Source of the DNA: Patescibacteria group bacterium
Lineage (GTDB): Bacteria > Patescibacteriota > Minisyncoccia > Phycocordibacterales > UBA9973
Assembly (NCBI GenBank): GCA_038063535.1
Contig: JBBTUV010000003.1
Location: 416-64,415, forward strand
Length of the DNA stretch: 64,000 nt
Direction of reading: 5' to 3'
The notes beneath the pieces were generated by a model that saw only the letters and a program-made list of their open reading frames with translations, was not told where the DNA came from and did not search any database. The stretch's first letter is position 1. Each line of letters starts with the position of its first letter. The translations under genes and the position numbers were made by a program. Below are positions 17,813 to 27,287 of the stretch, in pieces.

Positions 17813-18442
17813 ATGGCAATTTCCGCAAGAAGAACTCAAGAATTCGTTCCGATCAAAGAAGTCCGCGACGGCGTGGTCGTGCTTAAAGACGGCTCGCTCC
17901 GGCAGGTCATCCTTGCGACTTCGACGAATCTATTTCTGAAGTCCGCCGACGAGCAGCACGCCATCATTTACCAATTCCAAAGTTTCCTGAATACTCTCGA
18001 TTTCCCCACACAGATCTCGATCCAGTCCCGACGCCTCGATATCCGGCCGTATCTGCTTACGCTCGAGAAAAGGATGGCGGAAGAAGGCGAACCCCTCCTC
18101 AAGCTCCAAACTCGGGAGTACATCGAGTTCATCCGAAATTTCACCGAGCAGGTCGCGATCATGACCAAGACTTTTTTTGTGATCGTGCCATATACAGAAA
18201 TTGCGATCCACACTGATACGGGAGTGCTCGGGAAGCTTCTCGGGAAAAGAAGAGACGCAAGCGCGGTCTCCGTGGCCTTCGAAGAGAAGCGCTCGCAGCT
18301 CGAGGAGCGGGTTTCGGTGGTACAGGAAGGCCTGGCGCGCTGCGGAATCAAGTCGGCTCCTTTGGGCACGGAAGAAGTTGTGGAAGTGTTTTATAAAGTT
18401 TTCAATCCGGGCGAGCTGCAAGGGAAAATTGCTATAAGTTAA
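17813..18442 (+). CDS. VirB4-associated (TraC/TrsD-like) protein
   Basis: TQEFVPIKEVRDGVVVLKDG...NLFLKS.DEQ..I...FQ.FLNTLDFP.QI; lies between prgI and virB4. Confidence 0.75.
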   Translation: MAISARRTQEFVPIKEVRDGVVVLKDGSLRQVILATSTNLFLKSADEQHAIIYQFQSFLNTLDFPTQISIQSRRLDIRPYLLTLEKRMAEEGEPLLKLQTREYIEFIRNFTEQVAIMTKTFFVIVPYTEIAIHTDTGVLGKLLGKRRDASAVSVAFEEKRSQLEERVSVVQEGLARCGIKSAPLGTEEVVEVFYKVFNPGELQGKIAIS

Positions 18443-18457
18443 AAGTTCATAAAGTAA

Positions 18458-20287
18458 ATGTCAATCTTAGATAAAATTTTAGGGAGAGGAAGAGTGGGGG
18501 AGGGCGGGAGCGCCCACGTGCTTGCTGTCTTGCCCGAGCAGATATATCAGGCGGCGAACCTCGAGCTTGCGGACGTGGTCGCGCCCTCGGCTCTCAAGAT
18601 CGAATCGAAATCCATCAATCTGGGCACCAAGATCGCCCGCACATTCTTCGTGATCTCATACCCGCGCTATCTTTCCGATTCCTGGTTCGCTCCGGTTATT
18701 AACCTCGATAAGATTTTCGATGTTTCCATCTTCGTACACCCGATTGACACCTCCTTGATCCTGCGGCAATTCCAGAAGAAAGTGGCCGAGGTGCAAAGCC
18801 AGATCTCGGTCCGCGAGACGCGCGGCATGGTCCGCGACCCGATGCTTGATACTGCCCACGAAGACCTTGAGTCCCTGCGCGACAACCTGATCCAGGCCCA
18901 GCAGAAGATGTTCGACGTCGGAGTTTACATCACCATCTATGCCGATAACGAAAATGAGCTCTTTAAAATTGAAAATGAAATAAAATCGCTGCTCGAGTCG
19001 AAGCTCATATATCTCAAGCCCGCGCTCTTTCAGCAAGAGGAAGGTTTCAAAAGCGTAATTCCCTTGGGCACAGATCTTCTTGAAATCCACCAGAAGCTTA
19101 ATTCCGAGCCCCTCTCCTCGATCTTCCCGTTCGTCTCTTTCGATCTCACTTCGGACCGGGGAATTCTCTACGGGGTAAACCGGCACAACTCGTCCCTTGT
19201 CATCTTCGATCGGTTTTCGCTCGAAAATTACAACTCGGTCACTTTCGCCAAGGCTGGTTCGGGGAAAAGTTATGCTACAAAACTCGAAATCCTGCGCTCG
19301 CTCATGTTCGATGTGGAAGTGATCGTGATCGACCCGGAGCGCGAATACGAGTATTTGGCCGAGGCGGTTGGCGGGAGGTATTTCAACATCTCTCTTTCGA
19401 GCGAGCACCACATCAACCCCTTCGACCTGCCCATCCCGCGCGAAGATGAAACTGCAGAGGACGTACTTCGCACCAATACCATCAACCTGGTCGGACTCTT
19501 TCGCCTGATGCTCGGGGGGCTTTCTCCCGAAGAAGACTCGATGGTAGACCGCGCCATCACCGAGACTTACGCGATCAAGGATATTACCGCGAATTCAGAT
19601 TTCTCGAACATCGAGCCGCCGCTTCTTTCCGATTTTGAGATGGTGCTTGCCGGCATGGAAGGCGGTGGGTCCTTGATACAACGCCTCTCAAAATATACTA
19701 AGGGCACCTGGGCGACATTTCTGAATCGCCCATCGAACGTGGACATCAACAAGCGCTTCGTCGTCTTTTCAGTACGGGATATGGAGGATGAGCTCAAACC
19801 GGTGGCGATGTATATCGTCATGCACTACATCTGGACCACCATCCGGAAGGCCCTTAAAAAAAGGCTTCTCGTCGTCGACGAAGCTTGGTGGATGATGAAA
19901 TCGGAAGATACTGCGTCATTCCTCTACTCGCTCGCCAAGCGCGGGCGCAAATATTATCTTGGCCTCTCTACCATCACCCAGGATGCAGCTGACTTTTTGA
20001 ACTCCCCGTACGGCCTGCCGATCGTCACGAACTCGTCGCTCCAGCTCTTGCTCAAACAATCAGCGGCGACGATTGATGTTCTTCAGAAAACTTTCAATCT
20101 TACAGACGAAGAGAAAAACCTCCTGCTTGAATCCGACGTGGGAGAAGGGATATTCTTCGCGGGCTTGAAGCATGTGGCAATAAAAGTAATCGCCTCTTAC
20201 ACCGAAGACCAAATCATCACCTCGGACCCCTCCCAGATACTCCAGATCCGCCAGGCGAAGCAGGAGCTCGAAGCCGCCGGCGGATGA
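18458..20287 (+). CDS. virB4: VirB4-like secretion ATPase
   Basis: Walker A AKAGSGKS, VIDPEREY, INPFDL, Walker B LLVVDEAWW, KRGRKY, ITQD. Confidence 0.92.
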   Translation: MSILDKILGRGRVGEGGSAHVLAVLPEQIYQAANLELADVVAPSALKIESKSINLGTKIARTFFVISYPRYLSDSWFAPVINLDKIFDVSIFVHPIDTSLILRQFQKKVAEVQSQISVRETRGMVRDPMLDTAHEDLESLRDNLIQAQQKMFDVGVYITIYADNENELFKIENEIKSLLESKLIYLKPALFQQEEGFKSVIPLGTDLLEIHQKLNSEPLSSIFPFVSFDLTSDRGILYGVNRHNSSLVIFDRFSLENYNSVTFAKAGSGKSYATKLEILRSLMFDVEVIVIDPEREYEYLAEAVGGRYFNISLSSEHHINPFDLPIPREDETAEDVLRTNTINLVGLFRLMLGGLSPEEDSMVDRAITETYAIKDITANSDFSNIEPPLLSDFEMVLAGMEGGGSLIQRLSKYTKGTWATFLNRPSNVDINKRFVVFSVRDMEDELKPVAMYIVMHYIWTTIRKALKKRLLVVDEAWWMMKSEDTASFLYSLAKRGRKYYLGLSTITQDAADFLNSPYGLPIVTNSSLQLLLKQSAATIDVLQKTFNLTDEEKNLLLESDVGEGIFFAGLKHVAIKVIASYTEDQIITSDPSQILQIRQAKQELEAAGG

Positions 20288-20305
20288 AATTGATATAATT
20301 ATTTT

Positions 20306-21268
20306 ATGAAACTGAAATTTACAATCTTCTCCCTCCTTCTTCTACCCCTGGCCGGCTTCGCTCTTTCTCCTTCGGCGATCAACGTAAGCGTCTTTCCGCA
20401 AAGCCCTGCCCCGGGAGAAAATGTGACCATAACTCTCTCTAGCTACGGAGCGAATCTAGATATCGTGAACATAATCTGGCAAGTAAACGGCAAAACCGTC
20501 CTCTCCGGCATTGGTATGAAATCTTACTTGCTCACCGCCGGGGCTGCCGGGGTGGAAGCAAAAGTGGTGGCGCGAGTGATGCTTCCGGAAGGGGAAATAG
20601 ATAAACTTATCTCGATCCGGCCGGGGGCGGTAGTGCTCCTTTGGCAGGCGAACGACTCATATGTGCCACCCTTTTACAAGGGTAAGGCTCTCCCGACCGA
20701 AGGAAGCGAGATAAAAATTGTGGCGGTACCGGAAATCAGGGCGGGCGGTGCAACCCTTGATCCGAAAACTTTAAATTATGTTTGGAAAAAAAATTACGAG
20801 AACTCCTCCGGCGATTCTGGTTATGGAAAAAACTATCTCCTTCATACTAGCGATTACCTGGACCCGGGTGTGAACGTGAGCGTTGTGGCCGGAACGGTAG
20901 ATGGAAAGTATGCTTCAGGGGGAAGTATAAGTGTCGGCGCTTATGAACCGGAGATCGCTTTCTATAAGGTTGACCCCGTGCTCGGCACTCTCTGGGAGCA
21001 TGCACTCCCCGATCCGTACAGACTCGCAAGCGGAGAGACTCTGCTGGCGGCACCTTACTTTATCGCGCCTGCCGATATCCGCCGGCCGGAGCTGGTCTTC
21101 AAGTGGTTCATAAACAACTCAATGTTGCCGGTGCAGATCGTTAGGAAAAACCTGATACCGCTCGCGCCGGCGGCCGGAGCATCGGGCACATCCCGGGTGC
21201 GCCTTGAGATCGAAAACACCGACCAGATCTTTTCCAGCGCCAGTGGTGAGATAAATATAGAATTTTGA
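20306..21268 (+). CDS. Secreted Ig-like/beta-sandwich hypothetical protein
   Basis: Signal peptide; P..P.PGE.V.I.L, W.VNG, LLWQANDSYVPPFYKGKALP. Confidence 0.7.
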   Translation: MKLKFTIFSLLLLPLAGFALSPSAINVSVFPQSPAPGENVTITLSSYGANLDIVNIIWQVNGKTVLSGIGMKSYLLTAGAAGVEAKVVARVMLPEGEIDKLISIRPGAVVLLWQANDSYVPPFYKGKALPTEGSEIKIVAVPEIRAGGATLDPKTLNYVWKKNYENSSGDSGYGKNYLLHTSDYLDPGVNVSVVAGTVDGKYASGGSISVGAYEPEIAFYKVDPVLGTLWEHALPDPYRLASGETLLAAPYFIAPADIRRPELVFKWFINNSMLPVQIVRKNLIPLAPAAGASGTSRVRLEIENTDQIFSSASGEINIEF

Positions 21269-22611
21269 TGAAGAAACTTTTCGTAACTTTAATACTGGTA
21301 ACATTTCTGAGTCCAATTTTTGTGCAAGCAGAGATCCCAGCGGGTGCGAAGGGAAAACAATGCTCAAGTAGCAACCCAGCAGTTGTTGATAGTTTAGGTC
21401 GCCCATTATCAGGTACATTCGACTGCTCTTCCCCTTATAACTGGGCGGTTGGTCAGAATTGCGACTACACAACTAATGGGGGACGCATTGATAGATTTAT
21501 TTGCGAACTTCCGCCTCCTTCAAGTCCGCAGGCTATTGTCGGAAAAACGTGTTTTGCCGCTCCCTTAACCAAACCAAATCCAGACACCTTCCCCTGCGAC
21601 AACCCGCCGGCGGCCTGGATAGGCAAAACTTGTGTTGTCACAAACGGCGAGCGAGTGCAATTTGCATGTCGTCTCAAAAATCCTCCGGCGCCGCCTCCTG
21701 CCGCTCCGTCGCCTACACCGCCGGCTTCTTACAACCTGCTCGAGGAGCTGCCTTGCGATAGCGCTAACACTCCCGGGTGCGTGGGCGGCAAGCTCACGGA
21801 TATCCAGCTAAGCGGAAACGACGCTCTCGGAAAATATTTGAATACCATAATCCGCTTGGCGATAGGGATTGCGGCGGTGCTTGCGGTGGTGATGATAGTA
21901 ATGGGCGGCATCCAGTACATGACCACCGAGCTTACACACAGCAAAGAAGCCGGCAAGGAGCGCATCCGAAACGCAATCCTGGGTCTCTTGGTTGCTCTTG
22001 GTGCATATTTAATCCTGAATACAATAAATCCAAAACTATTAAGCACAGAACTTGTTATAGATCCAGTATCTATTGATTATGTATATGGTAACAGCGCAGT
22101 GGTTAAATCATCTGGGGTAGCAAGTTGTTCAGTGGCAACGAGCGGGGCATGTGCCCCTTCTAACATGGCTATCTTCGGCGACCAGGCAGACGATGCCTCC
22201 AGAATATGCATGGTAGAAAGTGGGGGAATTGCTAATGCACCAAGTAGAACAGATAGGTGCGGCGATGATAAGGCCTTCTCTTATGGATTATTCCAAATAA
22301 ATCTTATTGCAAATGGTAACTTGGTGCGTGACCAGAGTGGGCGAACTTGCACAGGACTTTTCGAAATGGCTGATGGGAGCCCAATAGTGGGAAGCAAATA
22401 CATAGCAAAAAAATCAGACGGCAGTTTTGATTACTACGACTGCAGAGCAAAGACAAGTGAGATACCAAGGTTGAGCCAATGCGCAGTATCTCTGATGAAC
22501 GCCCAGACAAATATTTCAGTAGCGAAAGCATTATATAATAGAAGCTCGAGACCCTTCGGTGCTTGGTATTACAGCGATCGCAGAGCTTGTGGAGAAGCTC
22601 CATTTCAATAA
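21268..22611 (+). CDS. CPR T4SS-type pilin (VirB2/TrbC-like) fused to N-terminal Cys repeats and a C-terminal lysozyme/SLT-like domain
   Basis: Pilin core YLNTIIRLAIGIAAVLAVVMIVMGGIQYMT..KE.I.NAILGLL.AL.AYLILNTINP.LL; C-terminal ICMVESGG, SYGLFQIN, NISVAKALY, FGAW. Confidence 0.8.
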   Translation: MKKLFVTLILVTFLSPIFVQAEIPAGAKGKQCSSSNPAVVDSLGRPLSGTFDCSSPYNWAVGQNCDYTTNGGRIDRFICELPPPSSPQAIVGKTCFAAPLTKPNPDTFPCDNPPAAWIGKTCVVTNGERVQFACRLKNPPAPPPAAPSPTPPASYNLLEELPCDSANTPGCVGGKLTDIQLSGNDALGKYLNTIIRLAIGIAAVLAVVMIVMGGIQYMTTELTHSKEAGKERIRNAILGLLVALGAYLILNTINPKLLSTELVIDPVSIDYVYGNSAVVKSSGVASCSVATSGACAPSNMAIFGDQADDASRICMVESGGIANAPSRTDRCGDDKAFSYGLFQINLIANGNLVRDQSGRTCTGLFEMADGSPIVGSKYIAKKSDGSFDYYDCRAKTSEIPRLSQCAVSLMNAQTNISVAKALYNRSSRPFGAWYYSDRRACGEAPFQ

Positions 22612-22613
22612 TT

Positions 22614-23906
22614 ATGTCTAAAACAAACAAAACATTACTTATCATTCTCATCATCCTCATCGGGTTCGCTGTTTTCTTCTGGTTCACCCGCGAGAAGACG
22701 GAGCCGGGGGGTACACAGCCCACAGAGAGCAATTTCTGGTCACGATTCAACCCCTTTAACGAAAGTGTCGCTCCTTCTACGCCTCCGCCGAGCGAAACTC
22801 CGGGAGAAGTTATTCCCACTCCGCCGGGCGGAAGCCAAGAACTGATCCTGCGAAAAGTCTCGAACATTCCGATCGCGGGCTATGGGGTGTTTCAAAAAGA
22901 AAGATATAAAGAGGAAGTAGTTTTGGATACTTCCACCGAGGCCCCGACTGCGCCTCAAACGGAATTCGTCCCGGCGGTCCGCTATGTCGCACGCGCGGAT
23001 GGCAACATCTGGCAGACTTTCGCCGACAAAATCGAGGAACGGAGATTCACTTCGACCATAATTCCGAAAGTCTATGAAGCGTATTTCGGCGGAGGCGCGG
23101 AAGCGGTGATCATGCGGCATCTCAAAGCTGATGAGAGGACTATCGAAACTTTTACCGCAACTCTTCCGAAAGAAATCCTGGGTGGTGATTCCTCGGAAAG
23201 CGCAATCTCCGGCTCATTTCTGCCGGATAACATCACCGAACTTGCGGTATCCCCCGACGGCACGAAGATTTTCTACCTTTATAATCAAGGAGAGAACGCA
23301 ATTGGCATAATCTCTGGTATTTTAGGAGACAAAAAGACGCAGATTGTCGACTCTCCAGCCACCGAGTGGCTGGCTTCCTGGAAAAACGCAAAAGTGATAG
23401 CGCTCGCCACCAAGCCTTCCGGGCTCGTGTCCGGTTATTTGTACAATTTAAATCCCGATACGAAATCTTTCACCAATGTTCTCTCTGGAATCGCCGGTCT
23501 TACCGCTTTGGGAGATCCGGCTGGAAAAAAATTCCTCTTTGCTGACGGAAATCTTTCGCTCTTCCTCCTCGATGGTACCACTCGTTCCTCGATTGCGCTT
23601 GGAGCAAGAACGCTTCCGGAGAAGTGCACCTGGGACGGAACTGGGGCGTTCCTTTACTGCGCAGTGCCCTCCTTCGTCCCACCGGCCGTTTACCCTGACG
23701 CTTGGTATCGAGGTGAAGTCTCTTTTAACGATAGTATTTGGAAGATAGACGCGGAGACCGGAGTGGGCTCGATAGTACTAGAGCCTGAAAAAGAACCGGG
23801 AGGGGAGAGCGTGGACGCGATAAAGCCCTCGATTGATCAAGGTGAAAACTATCTTTTCTTTGTGAATAAAAAAGATTCTCGTCTCTGGGAAATGAAGCTT
23901 AGATAG
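22614..23906 (+). CDS. Membrane-anchored beta-propeller-like hypothetical protein
   Basis: N-terminal TM, Pro linker, AVSPDGTKIFY, TLPEKCTW, YPDAWY.G..SFND.IWKID; ATG at 22614. Confidence 0.7.
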   Translation: MSKTNKTLLIILIILIGFAVFFWFTREKTEPGGTQPTESNFWSRFNPFNESVAPSTPPPSETPGEVIPTPPGGSQELILRKVSNIPIAGYGVFQKERYKEEVVLDTSTEAPTAPQTEFVPAVRYVARADGNIWQTFADKIEERRFTSTIIPKVYEAYFGGGAEAVIMRHLKADERTIETFTATLPKEILGGDSSESAISGSFLPDNITELAVSPDGTKIFYLYNQGENAIGIISGILGDKKTQIVDSPATEWLASWKNAKVIALATKPSGLVSGYLYNLNPDTKSFTNVLSGIAGLTALGDPAGKKFLFADGNLSLFLLDGTTRSSIALGARTLPEKCTWDGTGAFLYCAVPSFVPPAVYPDAWYRGEVSFNDSIWKIDAETGVGSIVLEPEKEPGGESVDAIKPSIDQGENYLFFVNKKDSRLWEMKLR

Positions 23907-24378
23907 TCATTCCCGGGTCACCCAAATATTTGATGATCACGCGGCGAGTCGCTCCGGTGCCCTCTGATTCAGTTTTTAGGTCCTTCTCACCGGAGAGAAA
24001 TTCGTGCACGATGCGCCTCTCGAATGCCGGCATGGGGTCGATCTCGATGTTTGATTTGAAATATCTAGCACGCTCCGCCATCATGTGTGCAATAGCGCGC
24101 ACGCTCTCTATCCTTTTCTTCTGGAATCCGCCGATATCCACCAATATCTCTCCGACTTCCGTATCTCCTGATCTTGATTCGGTTATTTTTCTAATTAAGT
24201 GGTTGAGGGCCGAAAGCCCTTCGCCCCCGCGGGCGAGGAAATAGTGTGGCTCGGAAACTTCCACAGAAAACCAGGCACTTTCCCCGGGCTTACCTTCCTC
24301 AATCGAAATATTTTGCGCCGGAAGCGTCACTTTTTCCAGAACCTCGCGTATCAAATTTTGGATTTCCGCTTGTATCAT
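23899..24378 (-). CDS. jag: Jag/EloR (KhpB)-like R3H RNA-binding protein, short form
   Basis: PMPAFERRIVHE.L....TESEG.G..RRV R3H motif; downstream of yidC. Confidence 0.9.
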   Translation of the reverse strand: MIQAEIQNLIREVLEKVTLPAQNISIEEGKPGESAWFSVEVSEPHYFLARGGEGLSALNHLIRKITESRSGDTEVGEILVDIGGFQKKRIESVRAIAHMMAERARYFKSNIEIDPMPAFERRIVHEFLSGEKDLKTESEGTGATRRVIIKYLGDPGMTI

Positions 24379-25097
24379 GTAATAAGTGTATCTTTTTCGG
24401 CTTTTTTATTGAGATATATCTGCTGAAGGGTCGATATGATATTACTCGTTATCCAGTACAATGCAACCGCCCCGGAAATGCTGTAAGCGATAAAGGCAAC
24501 CATGACGGGGAAGAAATATTTCATCTGGAAACGCATGCTTTTTGCGAAGGAGTCGGAGAGCGATCCCGTTTCCTCAAGCGTAGCGGCTGGGCGGGGCATA
24601 AAGTGGGCCTGGAGATACTGCGAAGCCCCCGCGAGAACAGCTAGTGCCAAACTCCGAGCCGCGAGGTTGATCCCCAGAAAGAGCATGTGCGGTACCCCGG
24701 GGCTGGGAACGAAGGAGTAAAGAAGTGCGGGATCGAAGTTTATTCCCTTATAGAAAACCCAGTAAAGCGCGAAGATGATCGGTATCTGGATGATGAGGAG
24801 GAGACACCCTGAAAAGGGGTTGGCTTTATTTTTCTTGTAAAGCTCGAGGGTAAGCCTGGCCTGTTCATCTTTCCCTTTTCCACTTTCCTTTATTTTTCGG
24901 AGTTCCGGCGCAAGTTTGTTCATCTTCGCTTGCCCTTCTATCGAGCGTCGCGAAAGAGGGAAAAGGATGATCTTAACAAGTATGGTGAGGAGAACGATGG
25001 CAGCTCCTACATTATTGCCGGGAATTATGAAAACAAGGAGAGCTAGAATGTTGAGAAGGGGGTGATAGAGCAAAAAATTCCAGACGGAAGAAATCAT
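24375..25097 (-). CDS. yidC: Membrane protein insertase YidC (short, monoderm-type)
   Basis: GAAIVLLTILVKIILFPL, NPFSGCL..IIQIPI..ALY, ALYWITSN. Confidence 0.95.
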   Translation of the reverse strand: MISSVWNFLLYHPLLNILALLVFIIPGNNVGAAIVLLTILVKIILFPLSRRSIEGQAKMNKLAPELRKIKESGKGKDEQARLTLELYKKNKANPFSGCLLLIIQIPIIFALYWVFYKGINFDPALLYSFVPSPGVPHMLFLGINLAARSLALAVLAGASQYLQAHFMPRPAATLEETGSLSDSFAKSMRFQMKYFFPVMVAFIAYSISGAVALYWITSNIISTLQQIYLNKKAEKDTLIT

Positions 25098-25115
25098 TTC
25101 CCCATTCTAGCAGGA

Positions 25116-25331
25116 CTACTCGAGCGGGTCAAAGCGGTTTTTCTGCCACGGGTGACAGCGTAAAATTCTTCGAAGGGAAAGCCAAGCCCCTTTCCCCGCG
25201 CCGTATTTTTCGATCGCTTGTTTGGAGTATTCCGAACAGCTGGGGTAAAACACGCAGCTCGGGGGAAGAAAGGGAGAGATGCGCCTTTGGTAAAAACTAA
25301 TTGATTTTATGAAGAATGTCTTCAATATCAT
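25116..25331 (-). CDS. yidD: Membrane protein insertion efficiency factor
   Basis: YQR.ISP...[10 protein letters not shown]...[17 protein letters not shown]. Confidence 0.95.
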   Translation of the reverse strand: MILKTFFIKSISFYQRRISPFLPPSCVFYPSCSEYSKQAIEKYGAGKGAWLSLRRILRCHPWQKNRFDPLE

Positions 25332-25623
25332 CTAAGAGAGCAGCCTCGCTGCCGGGTCTTTTTTTAAGTACCAGAACACCACGAAGTCCTTGGGGTAGCT
25401 TGTGAAAATGCGGGCCTATTGCCTGGTAACCCAAGCGGCGCAGAGAGTTGCGTTCGGTTGATTTCTTTGCGGTCTCCTTTGGGATAATAAAAGAAAATCT
25501 CGGGGGGTTATTATTGTCTTCAAAGATATACCGGAGGTAAATATCCCGGCCCTGGACTACGCGCCCGAACTTGAACGCTCGAGCTACATCCTTTTTTGAG
25601 TTTCTGTTTCTTTTCGGGAGCAT
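25297..25623 (-). CDS. rnpA: Ribonuclease P protein component
   Basis: [15 protein letters not shown]...KKSTERN.LRR; between rpmH and yidD. Confidence 0.9.
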   Translation of the reverse strand: MLPKRNRNSKKDVARAFKFGRVVQGRDIYLRYIFEDNNNPPRFSFIIPKETAKKSTERNSLRRLGYQAIGPHFHKLPQGLRGVLVLKKRPGSEAALLDDIEDILHKIN

Positions 25624-25757
25624 CAAACGGAAACCCGGGTTCTCCCCTTTTTTCTTCTCCGAGAGAGTACGCGACGTCCGGTTTTGCTCCGTGACCGAAC
25701 GAGGTAGCCGTGCGCCCTTTTTCGTTTCCTTTTCCTGGGCTGGTAAGTTTGGGACAT
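25623..25757 (-). CDS. rpmH: 50S ribosomal protein L34 (absent from the ORF track, 44 aa)
   Basis: Manual translation [44 protein letters not shown]; divergent from dnaA. Confidence 0.96.
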   Translation of the reverse strand: MSQTYQPRKRKRKRAHGYLVRSRSKTGRRVLSRRRKKGRTRVSV

Positions 25758-25774
25758 AATGCTATAGTATTACA

Positions 25775-25794
25775 TTATTCACAGATTATCAACA
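25775..25794 (+). promoter_or_regulatory. Tandem DnaA boxes in rpmH-dnaA intergenic region
   Basis: TTATTCACA (25775, consensus) and TTATCAACA (25786, one mismatch), 11 nt apart. Confidence 0.8.
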
Positions 25795-25855
25795 TAGTTA
25801 ATAAGTTGCGGGGAGCTTGCTAATTTCTTACTCGTAGTATAATGCGACGACTGAT

Positions 25856-27202
25856 ATGGACACGAAAGAACTTTGGAAAAATTGCTTAAGCGAGATCGAG
25901 GCGGACGTTTCAAAAGCCAATTTCAGCACCTGGTTTAAAAATACCTCTATTTTGAAAGAAGAAATGGGGGTTATCTACGTCGGGGTGCCAAATGAGTTTG
26001 TCCGCGACTGGCTAAAAAACAAATATCACAAGCTGATCACCAAGAAAATAGCCGGGGCCTACGAGAACATGCGGGCGGTGGAGTACACCATCGCCAGGTT
26101 CGAGCCAGAGAGAGAGGAAACCCCCAAGACCCCGCCAGGAAACTTCATAAACAAAGAGCTCCCGCTTAAGGATCTTTATGTGAACCCTGAGGATAACCTT
26201 AACTCCCGTTATCGTTTCGATTCTTTCATTGTCGGCGCCTTCAATGAGCTTGCCTACGCCGCCGCCCAGGCGATAATCGATAGCCCTGGGACCAAATACA
26301 ATCCATTCTTCGTCTATGGAGCGACCGGTCTCGGAAAAACCCACCTCCTCCAGGCGGTTGGAAATACGATCAAAGAAAAATACCCGGACAAAAAGGTGCA
26401 CTATCTCACGCTTGAGAAATTTGCCACCGATTTCATCAACTCGCTCCAGTCTCAAAAGGCAAATTCTTTCAAGGAGAAATATAGAAAATACGATCTCCTC
26501 ATCATCGATGACATCCAATTCATCGGGAAGATGGAAAAAATACAGGAAGAGCTCTTCCACACCTTCAATACTTTTTATGAAAGTAATAAGCAGATAATTT
26601 TTTCTTCCGACAAGCACCCGAACCACATCCCAGAGCTTGCAGATAGGCTGAAGTCCCGTTTTGCTGCCGGGATGATCGTGGATGTGACCGAGCCAGAATA
26701 CGAGTCGCGCCTCGCGATACTCAAAATGAAGCTCGGGGAGCTTGACATCGAGCTCGCCCCGGAGGTTATGGAGTATATCGCAAGCGCCATCCAGGGCAAC
26801 ATCCGAGAGCTCGAAGGGAGCCTGAATATTGTCATCTGCCAATATCGTTTGAAAAATAAGCCCATCTCACTTTCTGAAGCGAAATCTCTCCTTAAAAACA
26901 GTATCCGGCCCAAGAGGAATGTGGCGATTAAAGAGGTGGTCAAAATTATCAGCGATTATTACAACCTCGAAGAGTCAGCGGTTTATGAAAAAACAAGACG
27001 GAAAGAAATAGTGCGGGCTCGTCAAGTGGTAATGTACATACTCCGAGAGGATTTTAGTGTTTCTTACCCGTTGATAGGTCAGAAACTGGGGGGGAAAGAC
27101 CACACCACAGTGATTCACTCATACCTAAAAGTGAAGGGTGACCTAAAAAACGATCCACAACTTCTCCAGGAGATAGAACAAATAAGATCGATGTTTAAAT
27201 GA
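25856..27202 (+). CDS. dnaA: Chromosomal replication initiator
   Basis: YNPFFVYGATGLGKTHL, LLIIDDIQF, RLKSRF, NIRELEG, GGKDHTTVIH. Confidence 0.99.
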   Translation: MDTKELWKNCLSEIEADVSKANFSTWFKNTSILKEEMGVIYVGVPNEFVRDWLKNKYHKLITKKIAGAYENMRAVEYTIARFEPEREETPKTPPGNFINKELPLKDLYVNPEDNLNSRYRFDSFIVGAFNELAYAAAQAIIDSPGTKYNPFFVYGATGLGKTHLLQAVGNTIKEKYPDKKVHYLTLEKFATDFINSLQSQKANSFKEKYRKYDLLIIDDIQFIGKMEKIQEELFHTFNTFYESNKQIIFSSDKHPNHIPELADRLKSRFAAGMIVDVTEPEYESRLAILKMKLGELDIELAPEVMEYIASAIQGNIRELEGSLNIVICQYRLKNKPISLSEAKSLLKNSIRPKRNVAIKEVVKIISDYYNLEESAVYEKTRRKEIVRARQVVMYILREDFSVSYPLIGQKLGGKDHTTVIHSYLKVKGDLKNDPQLLQEIEQIRSMFK

Positions 27203-27287
27203 GAAAAATATACACAAAAAGGAATTATCCACTTACTAACACCACTAATAATACTAATAATTTAAATATATAAACTATTAACAATTC
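27203..27287. other. oriC unwinding region (DnaA box, DnaA-trio-like run, AT-rich DUE)
   Basis: TTATCCACT at 27225, then CTA ATA ATA CTA ATA at 27245-27259 and a nearly pure A/T tract, between dnaA and dnaN. Confidence 0.8.

Noticed and set aside
10962-23906. Integrative conjugative element
   Set aside because: No integrase, relaxase, coupling protein or flanking direct repeats; embedded among core genes next to oriC.
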